From: a virus
Taxonomy: Duplodnaviria > Caudoviricetes
DNA length: 52,110 bases
Virus record (IMG/VR): IMGVR_UViG_3300047409_000613
Location: 1-52,110 of that record
Strand: one strand, 5' to 3'
The notes below the pieces were generated by a model. The model was not told where the DNA came from. It saw nothing but the letters and a program-made list of their open reading frames with translations, and ran no database searches. A program made the position numbers and the translations under genes. Below are positions 26,582 through 36,528 of this stretch, piece by piece (position 1 is the stretch's first letter; each line of letters starts with the position of its first letter).

Positions 26582-28479
26582 TGCCCGCGGTCACCGAGAG
26601 CGAGACCCCCGTCCACGCGCTGCTCGTGCAGGTGCGCGCCGGCTACGCGCCGCCACCGGAGCTCAAGGTGTCCGAATTCGCCGACGAACACATCATCGTC
26701 ACGAGCGGCCCGCTCGCGGGAACCAAGTGGCAGACCGCCTTCGCGCCGTATCAGCGCGGGATCCTCGACGCGTTCCATGAGCCCGGCGTGCAGACCGTCG
26801 TCGTGATGGGCAGCTCGCAGTGGGGCAAGACGGCCTGTGCCGTAAACGTCGTCGCGTACCACATCGCGCACGACCCCTGCCCGATCCTCGTCGTCGAGCC
26901 GACGGTTGAGCCGATGGCGAAGGACTTCGCGCGCAACCGCCTCGAGCCGGTCATCGCCGCGAGCGAGATCCTATCGAAGACCGTCGGCAAGAAACGCGCG
27001 AAGGACGCCTCGAACACCACGCTCGCGAAAACGTTCCGTGGCGGCGCCGTGGCGATCGGCGGCGCGAACTCGTCGGCCTCGCTGGCCGCGCGGTCGGTGC
27101 GCCTACTGATCCTCGACGAGGTCGATCGCTATCCGCCCGAGCTCCCGGGCGAGGGCTCGACGCTCGCGATCGTGATGAAGCGGACGCAAGCCTATCGGCG
27201 GCGCAAGCGCATCCTGATGCTCTCGTCGCCGACGCTCGCGAAGGCGCCGATCCACGTGTGGTTCCTGCGCGGCGATCAGCGCCGTTACTACGTGCCCTGT
27301 CCGTCCTGCGCGCACCTGCATGCATTCGAGTGGAAGCAGGTGCGGTGGACCGACGACGATCCCCTGACGGCGCGTCTGCACTGCCCGGCCTGCGACTACG
27401 GCATCAACGATGCGGAGCGCGTCGCCATCCTCGCGCGCGGCGAGTGGCGGGCCGAGGTGCCGGGCCGGCGCGACAAGGCCATCGTGTCGTTCCACATGTG
27501 GGAGGCGTACTCGCCCCTCTCCTCGCTCAGCGAAATCGTCGGCACCTTCCTCGCGGCGCGCGACAAGCAGAAGGCCGGCGACAAGGCGGAGATGCACACC
27601 TGGCAGAACACCACGCTCGGCGAACCGGTGGAGGCGGACGCCGGCGAAGGCGTCGAGCCCTCGTCGCTCATCCTGCGGCGCGAAGCGTACGGCCCCGACA
27701 TCGACGTGCCGGCGGGCGCCTGCTGTCTGACCATGGGGGTCGACGTCCAGGACGATCGCCTCGAGGCGCTGGTGATCGGGTGGGGCCCGGGCGAAGAGTC
27801 ATGGCTCGTCGATCGGCAGACGCTGCCAGGGGATACGTCGCAGCCCGAGCCCTGGCGCGCGCTCGACGCGCTGCTCGATCGGCCCTATCGGCACGCGCGC
27901 GGCGCCCAGTTGATGATCCACGCGATGTGCATCGACTCGGCGGGCCACCGGACGACGATGGTCTACGACTACGCGGAGGTGAAGGCGGCGCGCCGGGTCT
28001 ATGCGATCATTGGGCGGGACGGCCAGCGGCCGATCGTGTCGTCGCCGTCGCCGAAACGCTGGGGCCGGCACGAGCGCCAGGTCCCGCTCTACACCCTCGG
28101 CGTCGACGCGGCGAAGTCGCTGATCGTCTCGCGCCTCAAGCTCCTCGAAAGAGGCGCGGGCTATGTCCATCTCCCGCACACCGAGTGGTGCGACGAGGAG
28201 CTCGCCGCGCAGCTCGCCAGCGAGAAGCTCGTGACGAAGTGGACCAAGGGCGTGCCGGTGCAGGTCTGGGTCAAGAAGCGGGCGCGCAACGAAGGCCTCG
28301 ACATGTTCGTCTACGCGATCGCGGCGCTGCGGTTGCTGAACCCGCGACTGCCGGCGATGCTCCAGGCGCTGCAGGCCGCGAGCTACGACCCGACCGACAT
28401 GCCGCCGCGCGCGCCCGGCGCCTCGGGCCCGCGGCCGCCGGGTCGGCGTGTCGGGCGCAGCGGGTACCTCGGACGTTGA
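26578..28479 (+). CDS. terL: Terminase large subunit (lambda GpA family)
   Basis: SSQWGKT, LILDEVDRY, SSPT, GDQRRYYVPCPSC, GVDVQ, RNEGLD. Confidence 0.96.
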   Translation: MMPAVTESETPVHALLVQVRAGYAPPPELKVSEFADEHIIVTSGPLAGTKWQTAFAPYQRGILDAFHEPGVQTVVVMGSSQWGKTACAVNVVAYHIAHDPCPILVVEPTVEPMAKDFARNRLEPVIAASEILSKTVGKKRAKDASNTTLAKTFRGGAVAIGGANSSASLAARSVRLLILDEVDRYPPELPGEGSTLAIVMKRTQAYRRRKRILMLSSPTLAKAPIHVWFLRGDQRRYYVPCPSCAHLHAFEWKQVRWTDDDPLTARLHCPACDYGINDAERVAILARGEWRAEVPGRRDKAIVSFHMWEAYSPLSSLSEIVGTFLAARDKQKAGDKAEMHTWQNTTLGEPVEADAGEGVEPSSLILRREAYGPDIDVPAGACCLTMGVDVQDDRLEALVIGWGPGEESWLVDRQTLPGDTSQPEPWRALDALLDRPYRHARGAQLMIHAMCIDSAGHRTTMVYDYAEVKAARRVYAIIGRDGQRPIVSSPSPKRWGRHERQVPLYTLGVDAAKSLIVSRLKLLERGAGYVHLPHTEWCDEELAAQLASEKLVTKWTKGVPVQVWVKKRARNEGLDMFVYAIAALRLLNPRLPAMLQALQAASYDPTDMPPRAPGASGPRPPGRRVGRSGYLGR

Positions 28480-28492
28480 GCAGGAGACCCAC

Positions 28493-28717
28493 ATGATCAC
28501 CCGGCGAGGATTCCTCACACTGCTGCCTGGTCCGCTGCTCACGCGGCTCCCGGCGCGCCTTCCGCAACGCGTCCCGCCGGCTGCCATCACCGTGCCGCAT
28601 GTGGGCGTGCGCGAAGTCACGATCCATCTCGACGACCGCCAACTGGTGCACGTCTGCTTCGACGCCGCCGGGGGCCGGCTGCCGGCGGACCTGGTGAAGG
28701 AGATCCTGAGGCCGTGA
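28493..28717 (+). CDS. Small protein with twin-arginine-like N-terminus
   Basis: AGGAG SD; MITRRGFL. Confidence 0.5.
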   Translation: MITRRGFLTLLPGPLLTRLPARLPQRVPPAAITVPHVGVREVTIHLDDRQLVHVCFDAAGGRLPADLVKEILRP

Positions 28718-28920
28718 TGTCCCCGCTGACCGACAAGCAGCGGCGCGTCTTCGCGTTGGCGGTCCGCTACCACGCGATCGCGGAGGAACCCTGCAGCACC
28801 AGCTGGCTGGCGCGCCGGCTCCACCGGCACCGAGCCACCATTCGCGGGCACGCCCTCGCGATCGTGAAAAAGGGCTGGGCGAGCCGCAATACGCCGGCCT
28901 TCCGCGGCCTCCACCTATAA
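28714..28920 (+). CDS. Small winged-HTH protein (LexA-N-like), possible late regulator
   Basis: LTDKQRRVF...STSWLARRL...TIRGHALAIVKKGW. Confidence 0.65.
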   Translation: MMSPLTDKQRRVFALAVRYHAIAEEPCSTSWLARRLHRHRATIRGHALAIVKKGWASRNTPAFRGLHL

Positions 28921-29001
28921 GCCCGGATCCGGCTTACACCGGATACCCACACTTTTTGCGGTCTATCCCGGGCGCGCGCGTTCTGCCACGCTCACGCCAC
29001 C

Positions 29002-29241
29002 ATGACGCCCCAGACCCGCGACCAGCTCCTCGGCAAGCAGACGGCCAACACGGCCGCCCTGGACAAGCTCAAGGCCGAGGTCGCCGAGATTTCGAAGAAC
29101 GCCCCCGCGGCCCGCTCGCAGGCGCAGAACGACCGCCTCCAGGCGATCGAGAAAGAGCGCCAGGCCCTGGTGGAGGAGGCCGAGACGATCGCGGCCGACC
29201 TCGCCAAGCTGCCGGCGGCGGACCCGAAGAAGGCCAAGTAG
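29002..29241 (+). CDS. Small coiled-coil protein
   Basis: Heptad pattern; strong GC3 codon bias. Confidence 0.6.
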   Translation: MTPQTRDQLLGKQTANTAALDKLKAEVAEISKNAPAARSQAQNDRLQAIEKERQALVEEAETIAADLAKLPAADPKKAK

Positions 29242-29248
29242 GGGCTGC

Positions 29249-29488
29249 GTGCCCCCGATCCCGTATACCGCGGACGAGCTCCGGGACCGGATCCGGACGC
29301 TCGAGGATGGCCTGCTCCAGGTCGCCAAGGGCGTGCAGTTCGCGGACCGGGGCGTGACGTACAACTCGGCGGCCGAGATCCGCGAACGGATCGACTACTT
29401 CTCGGGCCAGCTCACGCAATTGACCAGCGGCGCCAGCGTGGTGCCGCGGTCCAAGCAAACCCTCGGCGTCTCGAGGAACGGGTTCTGA
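29249..29488 (+). CDS. gpW-like head completion protein
   Basis: GVQFADRGVTYNSAAEI; lies before the portal. Confidence 0.8.
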   Translation: MPPIPYTADELRDRIRTLEDGLLQVAKGVQFADRGVTYNSAAEIRERIDYFSGQLTQLTSGASVVPRSKQTLGVSRNGF

Positions 29489-31050
29489 TGCAGGCCACCA
29501 CGGCGGTCCCCGAGTTTGACAGCCCGCGGCCGCAGCTGGCGCTGACGTCGCGTCCGGGGCGGGTCCGTGCCCAGGTCGCCGAGCGCGTCGAGTCGCTGTA
29601 CGACGCCGGCGCGAACACGCGGCGCACCGTCGGCTGGCGCGCGCCCACCGTCTCCTCGAACCAGGCCCTCCTCGCCAACCTCACCACGCTCCGCGATCGC
29701 TCGCGCGCCGCCACCCGCAACGACGGGTACGCGAAGGGCGTGATCGACAAGCTGGTCACCAACGTCATCGGCACCGGGATCCAGCCGCTCTCGCAAGCGG
29801 CCGACCCGGCGTTCCGCCGCGCGCTGCAGGCGCTGTGGCTGCAGTGGACGGACGAGAGCGACGCCGACGGCCTCCTCGACTACTACGGCCAGCAGACCCA
29901 GGCGGTCCGCACGTGGTTCGAAGGCGGCGAGGCCTTCACCCGGCTGCGGCCGCGGCTCCCGGAGGACGGGCTCTCGGTGCCGCTGCAGATCCAGGTCCTC
30001 GAGCCGGAGCTCTGCCCCCATACCCACACGGTCTGGTCGGCGACCGCGCGTATTCGGGCGGGGATCGAGTTCAACCCGATCGGGAAGCGCGTCGCGTACT
30101 GGTTCCACCCCTCGCGCCCCGAGATCGATGACTTCGACGCGTCGACGTTGCGCCGCGTGCCGGCGACCAGCGTCCAGCATCTCTACGATCCGCTGCGGCC
30201 GGGGCAGTTGCGCGGACTGCCGCTGCTCGTCCAGGCGCTGATCGCCCTCTACGAACTCGACAAGTACGACGACGCCTCGCTCCTCAAGCAGCAGCTGGCG
30301 AATCTCTTTGTCGCGTTCGTGACGCGGACGGCGCCGATCGTCGAGCCCGAGACCGTGCATCCGCTCACGGGCCTGCCGGTCGACCGCAGCGTCGACGACG
30401 CGCCGATGCTCGTGATGGAGCCGGGCATCTTCCAGGAGCTCAATCCGGGCGAGGACGTGAAGTGGTCGACGCCGCCCGCCGTCGACGCGGCGTATCCGGA
30501 TTTCATGCGGCAGCAGCTGCTCGGCGTGTCGGCCGCCACGGGCGTCCCGTACGAAGTGCTGACCGGCGACATGTCCAAGGTGAACGACCGGACGGTGCGC
30601 GTCATCCTCAACGAGTTCCGGCGCCGCATCACCGCGTGGCAGCACCAGATCGTCGTCTTCCAGGTGTGCCGGCCGCACTGGCAGGCGTGGATGGACCAGG
30701 TGTTTCTCTCGGGGGCGCTGCCGATTCCCCTGGCGTACCTCGACGATCCGTCCCCCTGGGCCGCGGTCGAGTGGCAGCCGCAGGGCTGGCCGTACATCAA
30801 TCCGACCCAGGACGTGCAGGCGCAGCGGGAAGCCGTCCGGTCGGGCTTCAAGTCGCGCACCCGGGTCGTCAGCGAGCAAGGCGACAGCGCCGCGGTCATC
30901 GACGCGGAGCAGGAGGCCGACAACACGCGGGCCGACGAGCTCCGGCTGCGCTACGACTCTGACGGCCGCACCGCCGCCACTCCGACGGCGGCGGCGATGT
31001 TCGTCCCCGAGCCCAAGGCGGCCCTTGCCCAGACCGGAGCCCCCGCATGA
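29488..31050 (+). CDS. Portal protein, lambda family
   Basis: LRDRSR..RND.YA, RPGQLRG, GVPYEVLTGDMSKVN. Confidence 0.95.
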   Translation: MQATTAVPEFDSPRPQLALTSRPGRVRAQVAERVESLYDAGANTRRTVGWRAPTVSSNQALLANLTTLRDRSRAATRNDGYAKGVIDKLVTNVIGTGIQPLSQAADPAFRRALQALWLQWTDESDADGLLDYYGQQTQAVRTWFEGGEAFTRLRPRLPEDGLSVPLQIQVLEPELCPHTHTVWSATARIRAGIEFNPIGKRVAYWFHPSRPEIDDFDASTLRRVPATSVQHLYDPLRPGQLRGLPLLVQALIALYELDKYDDASLLKQQLANLFVAFVTRTAPIVEPETVHPLTGLPVDRSVDDAPMLVMEPGIFQELNPGEDVKWSTPPAVDAAYPDFMRQQLLGVSAATGVPYEVLTGDMSKVNDRTVRVILNEFRRRITAWQHQIVVFQVCRPHWQAWMDQVFLSGALPIPLAYLDDPSPWAAVEWQPQGWPYINPTQDVQAQREAVRSGFKSRTRVVSEQGDSAAVIDAEQEADNTRADELRLRYDSDGRTAATPTAAAMFVPEPKAALAQTGAPA

Positions 31051-32111
31051 AGAGGCAGTGGTATCGCTTCGACAACAGCGCGAGCGACCCGGCGATCGCC
31101 GAGCTGTTCATCTTCGGCGACATCGGCGCGTCGTACTGGGGCGAGGAGAGCGTCACCGCCAAGCAGTTCATGGACGACCTGAAGGCGCTCGCGTCCGTCG
31201 TGACCACGATCAAGGTGCACGTGAACTCGCTCGGCGGCGACGTCTTCGACGGCGTCGCGATCGCGAACGCGCTGCGCGACCAGATCCGCACGAAGGGGCG
31301 GACGGTCACGACGATTGTCGAGGGGATTGCCGCGAGCGCGGCCTCGATCGTGATCATGGCGGGCGAAACGATTCAGGTCGCCGACAACGCGCTCGTGATG
31401 GTGCACAACTGCTGGACCGTCGGCATCGGCAACGCGGCCGACATGCGGAAGCTGGCCGACGATCTCGACAAGATCGACGGCGCCATCCTGGCCACCTACA
31501 AATGGCACTCCACGCTGAGCGACGAGGAACTGCACGCGCTCATGGACGCCGAAACCTGGATGTCCGCCGATGAAGCGATCGCCAACGGGTTCGCCACCGA
31601 AAAAGTCGAAGGCCTCAAAGCCGCCGCCAGCCTGGACGCGCGCGCGCTCGCCAAGCTCACGGTCCCCGAGAAGTATCGCGATCGTGTCACGGCGTTGCTG
31701 ACGCCCGTGCCGGCGCCGGAGACGCCACCGGCCGCGGCGGCCGCAGCAGACGTGCTCCGCCTCTGTCGCGAAGCGGACTGCCTCGACCTGGCCGAGGGGC
31801 TGCTCGCCGCGCACACCCCGCTGGCCGACGTGCAGGCGCGGGTGACCGAGGCGAAGACGACGCGCGCGATCGCCGCCCGCCGCGCGACGGACATCCGCGC
31901 GCTCTGCGGCCTGGCCAAATTGCCCGAGCTCGCCGACGGCTACATCGCCGGCGGCATCACCATCGACGCGGTCAAGGCCCAGCTCGTCGTGCTCAAGGCC
32001 AAGATCGAGCACACCGAGATCGACGGCAGCCTGCTCCCGGACGCCGGCGCCCGCCGGCCGAGCGTCCTCAACAGCCGCGACATTTACCTCGAACGCAACC
32101 GACGCAACTAG
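31047..32111 (+). CDS. ClpP-like head maturation protease/scaffold
   Basis: NSLGGDVFDG, GIAASAAS, MVHN, ETWMSADEA. Confidence 0.93.
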   Translation: MKRQWYRFDNSASDPAIAELFIFGDIGASYWGEESVTAKQFMDDLKALASVVTTIKVHVNSLGGDVFDGVAIANALRDQIRTKGRTVTTIVEGIAASAASIVIMAGETIQVADNALVMVHNCWTVGIGNAADMRKLADDLDKIDGAILATYKWHSTLSDEELHALMDAETWMSADEAIANGFATEKVEGLKAAASLDARALAKLTVPEKYRDRVTALLTPVPAPETPPAAAAAADVLRLCREADCLDLAEGLLAAHTPLADVQARVTEAKTTRAIAARRATDIRALCGLAKLPELADGYIAGGITIDAVKAQLVVLKAKIEHTEIDGSLLPDAGARRPSVLNSRDIYLERNRRN

Positions 32112-32123
32112 GAGTAGCCAACC

Positions 32124-33344
32124 ATGACGACCCCTCGCACTCGCTTCACCGTGACGCCCTGGCTGGTCGCGTTGCTCGTGGCCGTTGCGCATCTGCCGGC
32201 GACGGCGATCGTGAAAGTCAATGCGCTCGGGATGGGCTTTGAACACGAACAGCCGTGGCGCCGCCCCCTGGCCGCCCTCGGCGCCGGCCTCGCGCGCGTG
32301 CACCGGTCCCCGCTCTTCGGGCCCGGCCTCGCGGCGGCCGCGCTCGTCGTGTCCTGGCTCCATCCGCACGCCGCGTGGGCGCTGCCGCTGGCGGTCGGCG
32401 TCCTCACCGAGGGCCGGCACGCCGGCGAGTTCCTGCTCGAGGAGCGCGCCATGGGCGGCATCGGCACGCCGAGCCGCGAGAACGTCACGGTGTTGTCGGG
32501 GCAGGTCCTGAAAGCCGGGTCCGTCATCGGCCGCGTGAACAAGGCCGTCGGCAGCGTGGCGATTCCGGTCGTCGTGGGCACCGGCAACGGCGTCGCCTCG
32601 ACCGTCTTCGGCGGGCCCGACACGCTGGCCGGCAACTACGTCGTGACGTGCACGATCGCGGCGGCCAACGGCGGCACGTTCAGCGTCACGAATCCCGCCG
32701 GCAAGGCGCTGCCCGTCGCCCTCGTCGGCGTGCCGTACCGCTCGCGCGAGATCAACTTCACGATCGCGGACGGCGCCGCCGACTTCATCGTGGGCGATTC
32801 GTTCACCTTCGTCGTTGGCACGACCGCGCCGCTCGCGGTCGGGACCGGCAACGGGGTCATCTCGGCGATCACCTTCGGGCCGGACGCGAAACCGGGCAAC
32901 TACCGGTTCGAGATCATCCAGGCCATCGCCAACGGCGGGCAGTTTAAGTTGACCGATCCCGACGGCGAGCTCGTCGACACGGGCTACATCGTCGCCGGCG
33001 CTGGCGGGACCTACGTGGGCGCCAACAAGCGCCAGATCAACTTCACCGTCACGGAAGGCGCGACCGACTTCGTCCTGGGCGACGCCTTCAACATCGCCGT
33101 GTCGAAGACGGCGACGGGCGGCAAGGTGGTCGCCTGGGATCCGACGCTCGTGGACGGCCGCGACGACGTGGCCGGCATCCAGTTCGACAACGTCGACGCC
33201 ACGGCGGGCGATGTGGTCGGCGTGATCATCGCCCGCGACGCGACCGTCATCAAGGCCTCGCTCGAGTGGGCGGCGGGCATCACCGCCGCGCAGAAGGAAT
33301 CGGCGTACCTCGACCTCGAGGCGCGCGGGATCATTTGCCGGTAG
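32124..33344 (+). CDS. Head decoration protein (gpD-like) with hydrophobic leader and duplicated insert
   Basis: LTEGRHAGEFLL...SRE and terminal LEARGIICR; lies between protease and MCP. Confidence 0.85.
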   Translation: MTTPRTRFTVTPWLVALLVAVAHLPATAIVKVNALGMGFEHEQPWRRPLAALGAGLARVHRSPLFGPGLAAAALVVSWLHPHAAWALPLAVGVLTEGRHAGEFLLEERAMGGIGTPSRENVTVLSGQVLKAGSVIGRVNKAVGSVAIPVVVGTGNGVASTVFGGPDTLAGNYVVTCTIAAANGGTFSVTNPAGKALPVALVGVPYRSREINFTIADGAADFIVGDSFTFVVGTTAPLAVGTGNGVISAITFGPDAKPGNYRFEIIQAIANGGQFKLTDPDGELVDTGYIVAGAGGTYVGANKRQINFTVTEGATDFVLGDAFNIAVSKTATGGKVVAWDPTLVDGRDDVAGIQFDNVDATAGDVVGVIIARDATVIKASLEWAAGITAAQKESAYLDLEARGIICR

Positions 33345-33378
33345 GCCGCAGGCCGTAACGAGGAAAAGAGAGACCACC

Positions 33379-34401
33379 ATGCAACTCGACGTCTTCACCG
33401 GCGACGCCTTCTCGATGCACTCGCTGACGGCCACGTTCATCAAGCTGCCGTACCAGCCGATGCGCCTGGGCGCGCTGAAGCTCTTTCAGGAGAGCGGCAT
33501 GCGCACCACGTACGCGGACGTCGAGTCCATGGACGGCCGCCTGTCGCTCATCCAGTCCTCGCCGCGCGGCGGGGTCGCCGCCGATCCGTTGGGCTCGAAC
33601 AAACGCAAGCTGCGCACCTTCAAGGCCTACCACTTCGAACGCCAGTCGAAGGTGTACGCCGACGAGGTGCAGAGCATCCGCGCCTTCGGGTCCGAGACCG
33701 AGCTGCAGCAGGTCGAGACGATCGTCCAGGAGCGGCTGGCCGAGCTCCGCCCGATGCACGAGGTCACGCAGGAGTACCACCGCGCCAACGCGCTCCAGGG
33801 GTTGCTGCTGGACGCCGACGGGTCGACGCTGCTGAATCTCTTCACGGAGTTCGGGGTCGCGCAGCAGGTGGAGAACTTCCCCTTCAGCGTCGTCGCGACC
33901 GACGTGCGGGCGCTCATCGTGGCCGCCAAGCGCCTGGCCGAGAACGAGCTCGGCGGCCAGGTCATCACCGGGTGGCGGGGCTTCTGTTCCGGCGAGTGGT
34001 TCGATGCCTTTGTCGGGCACGCCAGCGTCGTCGAGGCGCTCAAGTTCCAGGAGTCGCAGGTCCTCCGATCGGACATCCGGGCGGGGTGGGAATACGCCGG
34101 CGTGACCTGGGAGGAGTACGTGGGCGGCGTACCGAAGCCGGAGAGCGCCGGCGGCGGCACGGCCAGCTTCTTCCCGGCCAACGTCGCGTTCCTGGTGCCG
34201 ACCGTCGCGCCGTCGATCTTCATCACGCGGTTCGCGCCGGCCGACTACGAGGAAACCGTGAACACGCTCGGCCTGCCGCTCTACGCGAAGTCGGTCCCGG
34301 ACTCGAGCGGGCTGAACAAGTACCGGCTGATCGACACGCAGTCGAACTTCATCAGCCTGAACCTGCGGCCGCGCGCCGTCATCAAGCTGACGAAGTCGTA
34401 G
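33379..34401 (+). CDS. Major capsid protein (lambda E family)
   Basis: DAFSMHSLT, SSPRGG, IRAFG, TQEYHR, FAPADY.E.VNT.GLP.Y. Confidence 0.95.
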   Translation: MQLDVFTGDAFSMHSLTATFIKLPYQPMRLGALKLFQESGMRTTYADVESMDGRLSLIQSSPRGGVAADPLGSNKRKLRTFKAYHFERQSKVYADEVQSIRAFGSETELQQVETIVQERLAELRPMHEVTQEYHRANALQGLLLDADGSTLLNLFTEFGVAQQVENFPFSVVATDVRALIVAAKRLAENELGGQVITGWRGFCSGEWFDAFVGHASVVEALKFQESQVLRSDIRAGWEYAGVTWEEYVGGVPKPESAGGGTASFFPANVAFLVPTVAPSIFITRFAPADYEETVNTLGLPLYAKSVPDSSGLNKYRLIDTQSNFISLNLRPRAVIKLTKS

Positions 34402-34405
34402 CGCC

Positions 34406-34741
34406 GTGAGCGGCGATCTCCGGGTCCCGTTCGCGACGGCGCTCGAGGCGTTCGCGGTACCGGCGACCGTCACGGTGCCCGGCGGCGGGCCCCTCATCAC
34501 GCGCGGGATCTGGGTCTCGCCGCTGACGCAGGACATGCCCGGATCCGGCGGGGTCCGGCGCCGGGAGCCGAAGCGGGTGCTGGCGCTGCCGCTCGCGGAC
34601 GTGCCGACGGTGCCGCGCGACACCGCGATCGTGGCGCCGGAGATGGCGGGCCTGACGGCCCAGCGCTGGCGGGTGGAGGGGTTCGAGAGCGTCGAAGTCG
34701 ATCACGTGCGCGTGATCGTCGTGGCGGATCCGGGGGCGTAA
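34406..34741 (+). CDS. Head-tail joining protein (FII-like)
   Basis: Position after MCP; small beta-rich protein. Confidence 0.7.
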   Translation: MSGDLRVPFATALEAFAVPATVTVPGGGPLITRGIWVSPLTQDMPGSGGVRRREPKRVLALPLADVPTVPRDTAIVAPEMAGLTAQRWRVEGFESVEVDHVRVIVVADPGA

Positions 34742-34744
34742 CCG

Positions 34745-34897
34745 ATGGGCCTGCTCGAAACGCTGATTCTCGTTTGTCTGGTGCTGTGGATCCTCGGGCT
34801 CGGCACCGGGTACGCGCTCGGCGGCGCCATTCACGTGCTCCTGGCCGTCGTGATCGTGCTGGTGCTCGTGAAGGTCCTCCGAGGCGAGCGGCTCTGA
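34745..34897 (+). CDS. lmo0937/DUF5670-like small membrane protein
   Basis: LVLWILGLGTGYALGGAIHVLL; 50 aa, absent from the ORF track. Confidence 0.75.
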   Translation: MGLLETLILVCLVLWILGLGTGYALGGAIHVLLAVVIVLVLVKVLRGERL

Positions 34898-35344
34898 ATG
34901 ACGAAGCGGCAGGCGATTCTCACCGCGCTCGTGGCCCGGGTCAGCGCGATCGCGATCGCCGCCGGCTTCGCCACCGACGCCGGCGCGACCGTGTTCCTCG
35001 GGGAGGCGGCGGAACTCGGGCCCGACGATCCCGACGCGGCGATCGCGCTGGTGCTCGAGGACGACTCGCCGCAGGACAAGGGCTACCTGTACGTGCAGCT
35101 GCCCATCGCCGTGGCGGCCCTCGCGAAGGCCGACCTCGAGACGCCCTGGCTGACGATCGAAGCCATCGTGGGGGACATCAAGCGCGCGGTGGAGCATGAG
35201 GACCGCACGCTCGGGGGGCTGCTGAAAGGGCCGATGACGCGCGGCGCGACCCGGACCCTCACGCGCGAGCCGGGGAGCACGACGGTCGGCGCGAGCGTCA
35301 CCTACATCTGCAGTTACGTCGAGGCATGGGGAGATCCTGGGTAG
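34898..35344 (+). CDS. Tail terminator-like protein
   Basis: Position; RQAIL...DIKRAV...DRTLGG. Confidence 0.65.
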   Translation: MTKRQAILTALVARVSAIAIAAGFATDAGATVFLGEAAELGPDDPDAAIALVLEDDSPQDKGYLYVQLPIAVAALAKADLETPWLTIEAIVGDIKRAVEHEDRTLGGLLKGPMTRGATRTLTREPGSTTVGASVTYICSYVEAWGDPG

Positions 35345-35896
35345 ATGGCCACCATCACGCTGAACTTCAAGACCGACCAGACGCAGCGCGCGATCGACCG
35401 CCTGGCCACGCAGGCGCCGATCGCGATCGTGCGCGCGCTGAACAAGTCGATCGCGAGCGCGAAGACGGCCATGAACCGCGTGGTCAGCCAGGACATGGGC
35501 CTCAAGGTGAGCGACGTCAGCGCGAAGATCGGGATCGTCCCGGCCGCGGCCGATCGGCAGCGGGCGCGGCTGTACGCGGACGCGACGCGGATCCCCCTGA
35601 TCAAGTTCGGCGCGAAGGGGCCGGAGCCCTCGCGCGGCAAAGGCCGCGGCGTCACGGCGAAGCTGGGCCAGGCGCGCGGCCGCTACCCGACCGCGTTCAT
35701 CGCGACGATGGCGGGCGGCCATCGCGGCGTCTACGTGCGGAACGCCAAAGCGCGGCTCTCCATCCGTGAGCTCTTCGGCCCGTCGATCGCGCACGTGTTC
35801 GAGAAGCACGTCAACGTCGGGATCGCGCGCGGCCAGGAGCAGCTCGCGAAGAACCTGAAGTCGGAATTCCGGTTTGCCCTGCAGCAGGCCGCGTAA
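35345..35896 (+). CDS. Minor tail protein Z-like
   Basis: AIVRALNK...AFIATM..GH.GV..R...ELFGPSI. Confidence 0.8.
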   Translation: MATITLNFKTDQTQRAIDRLATQAPIAIVRALNKSIASAKTAMNRVVSQDMGLKVSDVSAKIGIVPAAADRQRARLYADATRIPLIKFGAKGPEPSRGKGRGVTAKLGQARGRYPTAFIATMAGGHRGVYVRNAKARLSIRELFGPSIAHVFEKHVNVGIARGQEQLAKNLKSEFRFALQQAA

Positions 35897-35908
35897 GCAG
35901 AGGACACC

Positions 35909-36517
35909 ATGCTCAATGCCACCCCGTTTGAAGTCATCGCCGCCCCGTTCACCCTGTGGGTGGCGGTCGTCGGGACCGCCTTTCCCCTCGTCTCCGCCGT
36001 GCCCGCCGTCGCCTGGGTTGAGGTGGGCTCGTCTGGGCCGCTCAACTACGACGACGCGGGCGTCACGATCGAGCAGCCGCAGTCGATCGCCTTCTGGAAG
36101 TCGCTCGGCGACGCCGGGTCCCGCAAGGCGTTTCGGTCCAGCGAAGACCTCAAGATCGGCCTGACGCTCGTCGACCTCACGCTCGAGCAGTACGCGCTGG
36201 CGCTCAACCACAACGCGATCACGACGGTCGCGGCCGCGTCGGCGATCCCTGGGACCAAAAAGATCGGCCTGTCGCGCGGCTTCTCGGTGGACACGCGGGC
36301 GCTGCTCGTGCGCGGCCCCTCGCCGTACATGGCCGACGGCATCGCGCAATTTGAAGTCCCGCGCGCGGCGCAAACCGGCAGCCCCTCGACGGTCTTCAAG
36401 CGCGATACCCCGGCCGGTCTGAAGCTGGAATGGACCGCCATGGTCGATCCGGGCGCCGCGACCCCGGACGAGTACTTCGGTCGCCTCGTCTGCGAGACGG
36501 CGGCCGCGCTCCCGTAA
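35909..36517 (+). CDS. Major tail tube protein
   Basis: Position, size and beta-rich composition. Confidence 0.75.
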   Translation: MLNATPFEVIAAPFTLWVAVVGTAFPLVSAVPAVAWVEVGSSGPLNYDDAGVTIEQPQSIAFWKSLGDAGSRKAFRSSEDLKIGLTLVDLTLEQYALALNHNAITTVAAASAIPGTKKIGLSRGFSVDTRALLVRGPSPYMADGIAQFEVPRAAQTGSPSTVFKRDTPAGLKLEWTAMVDPGAATPDEYFGRLVCETAAALP

Positions 36518-36528
36518 GGCGCGCGCTG

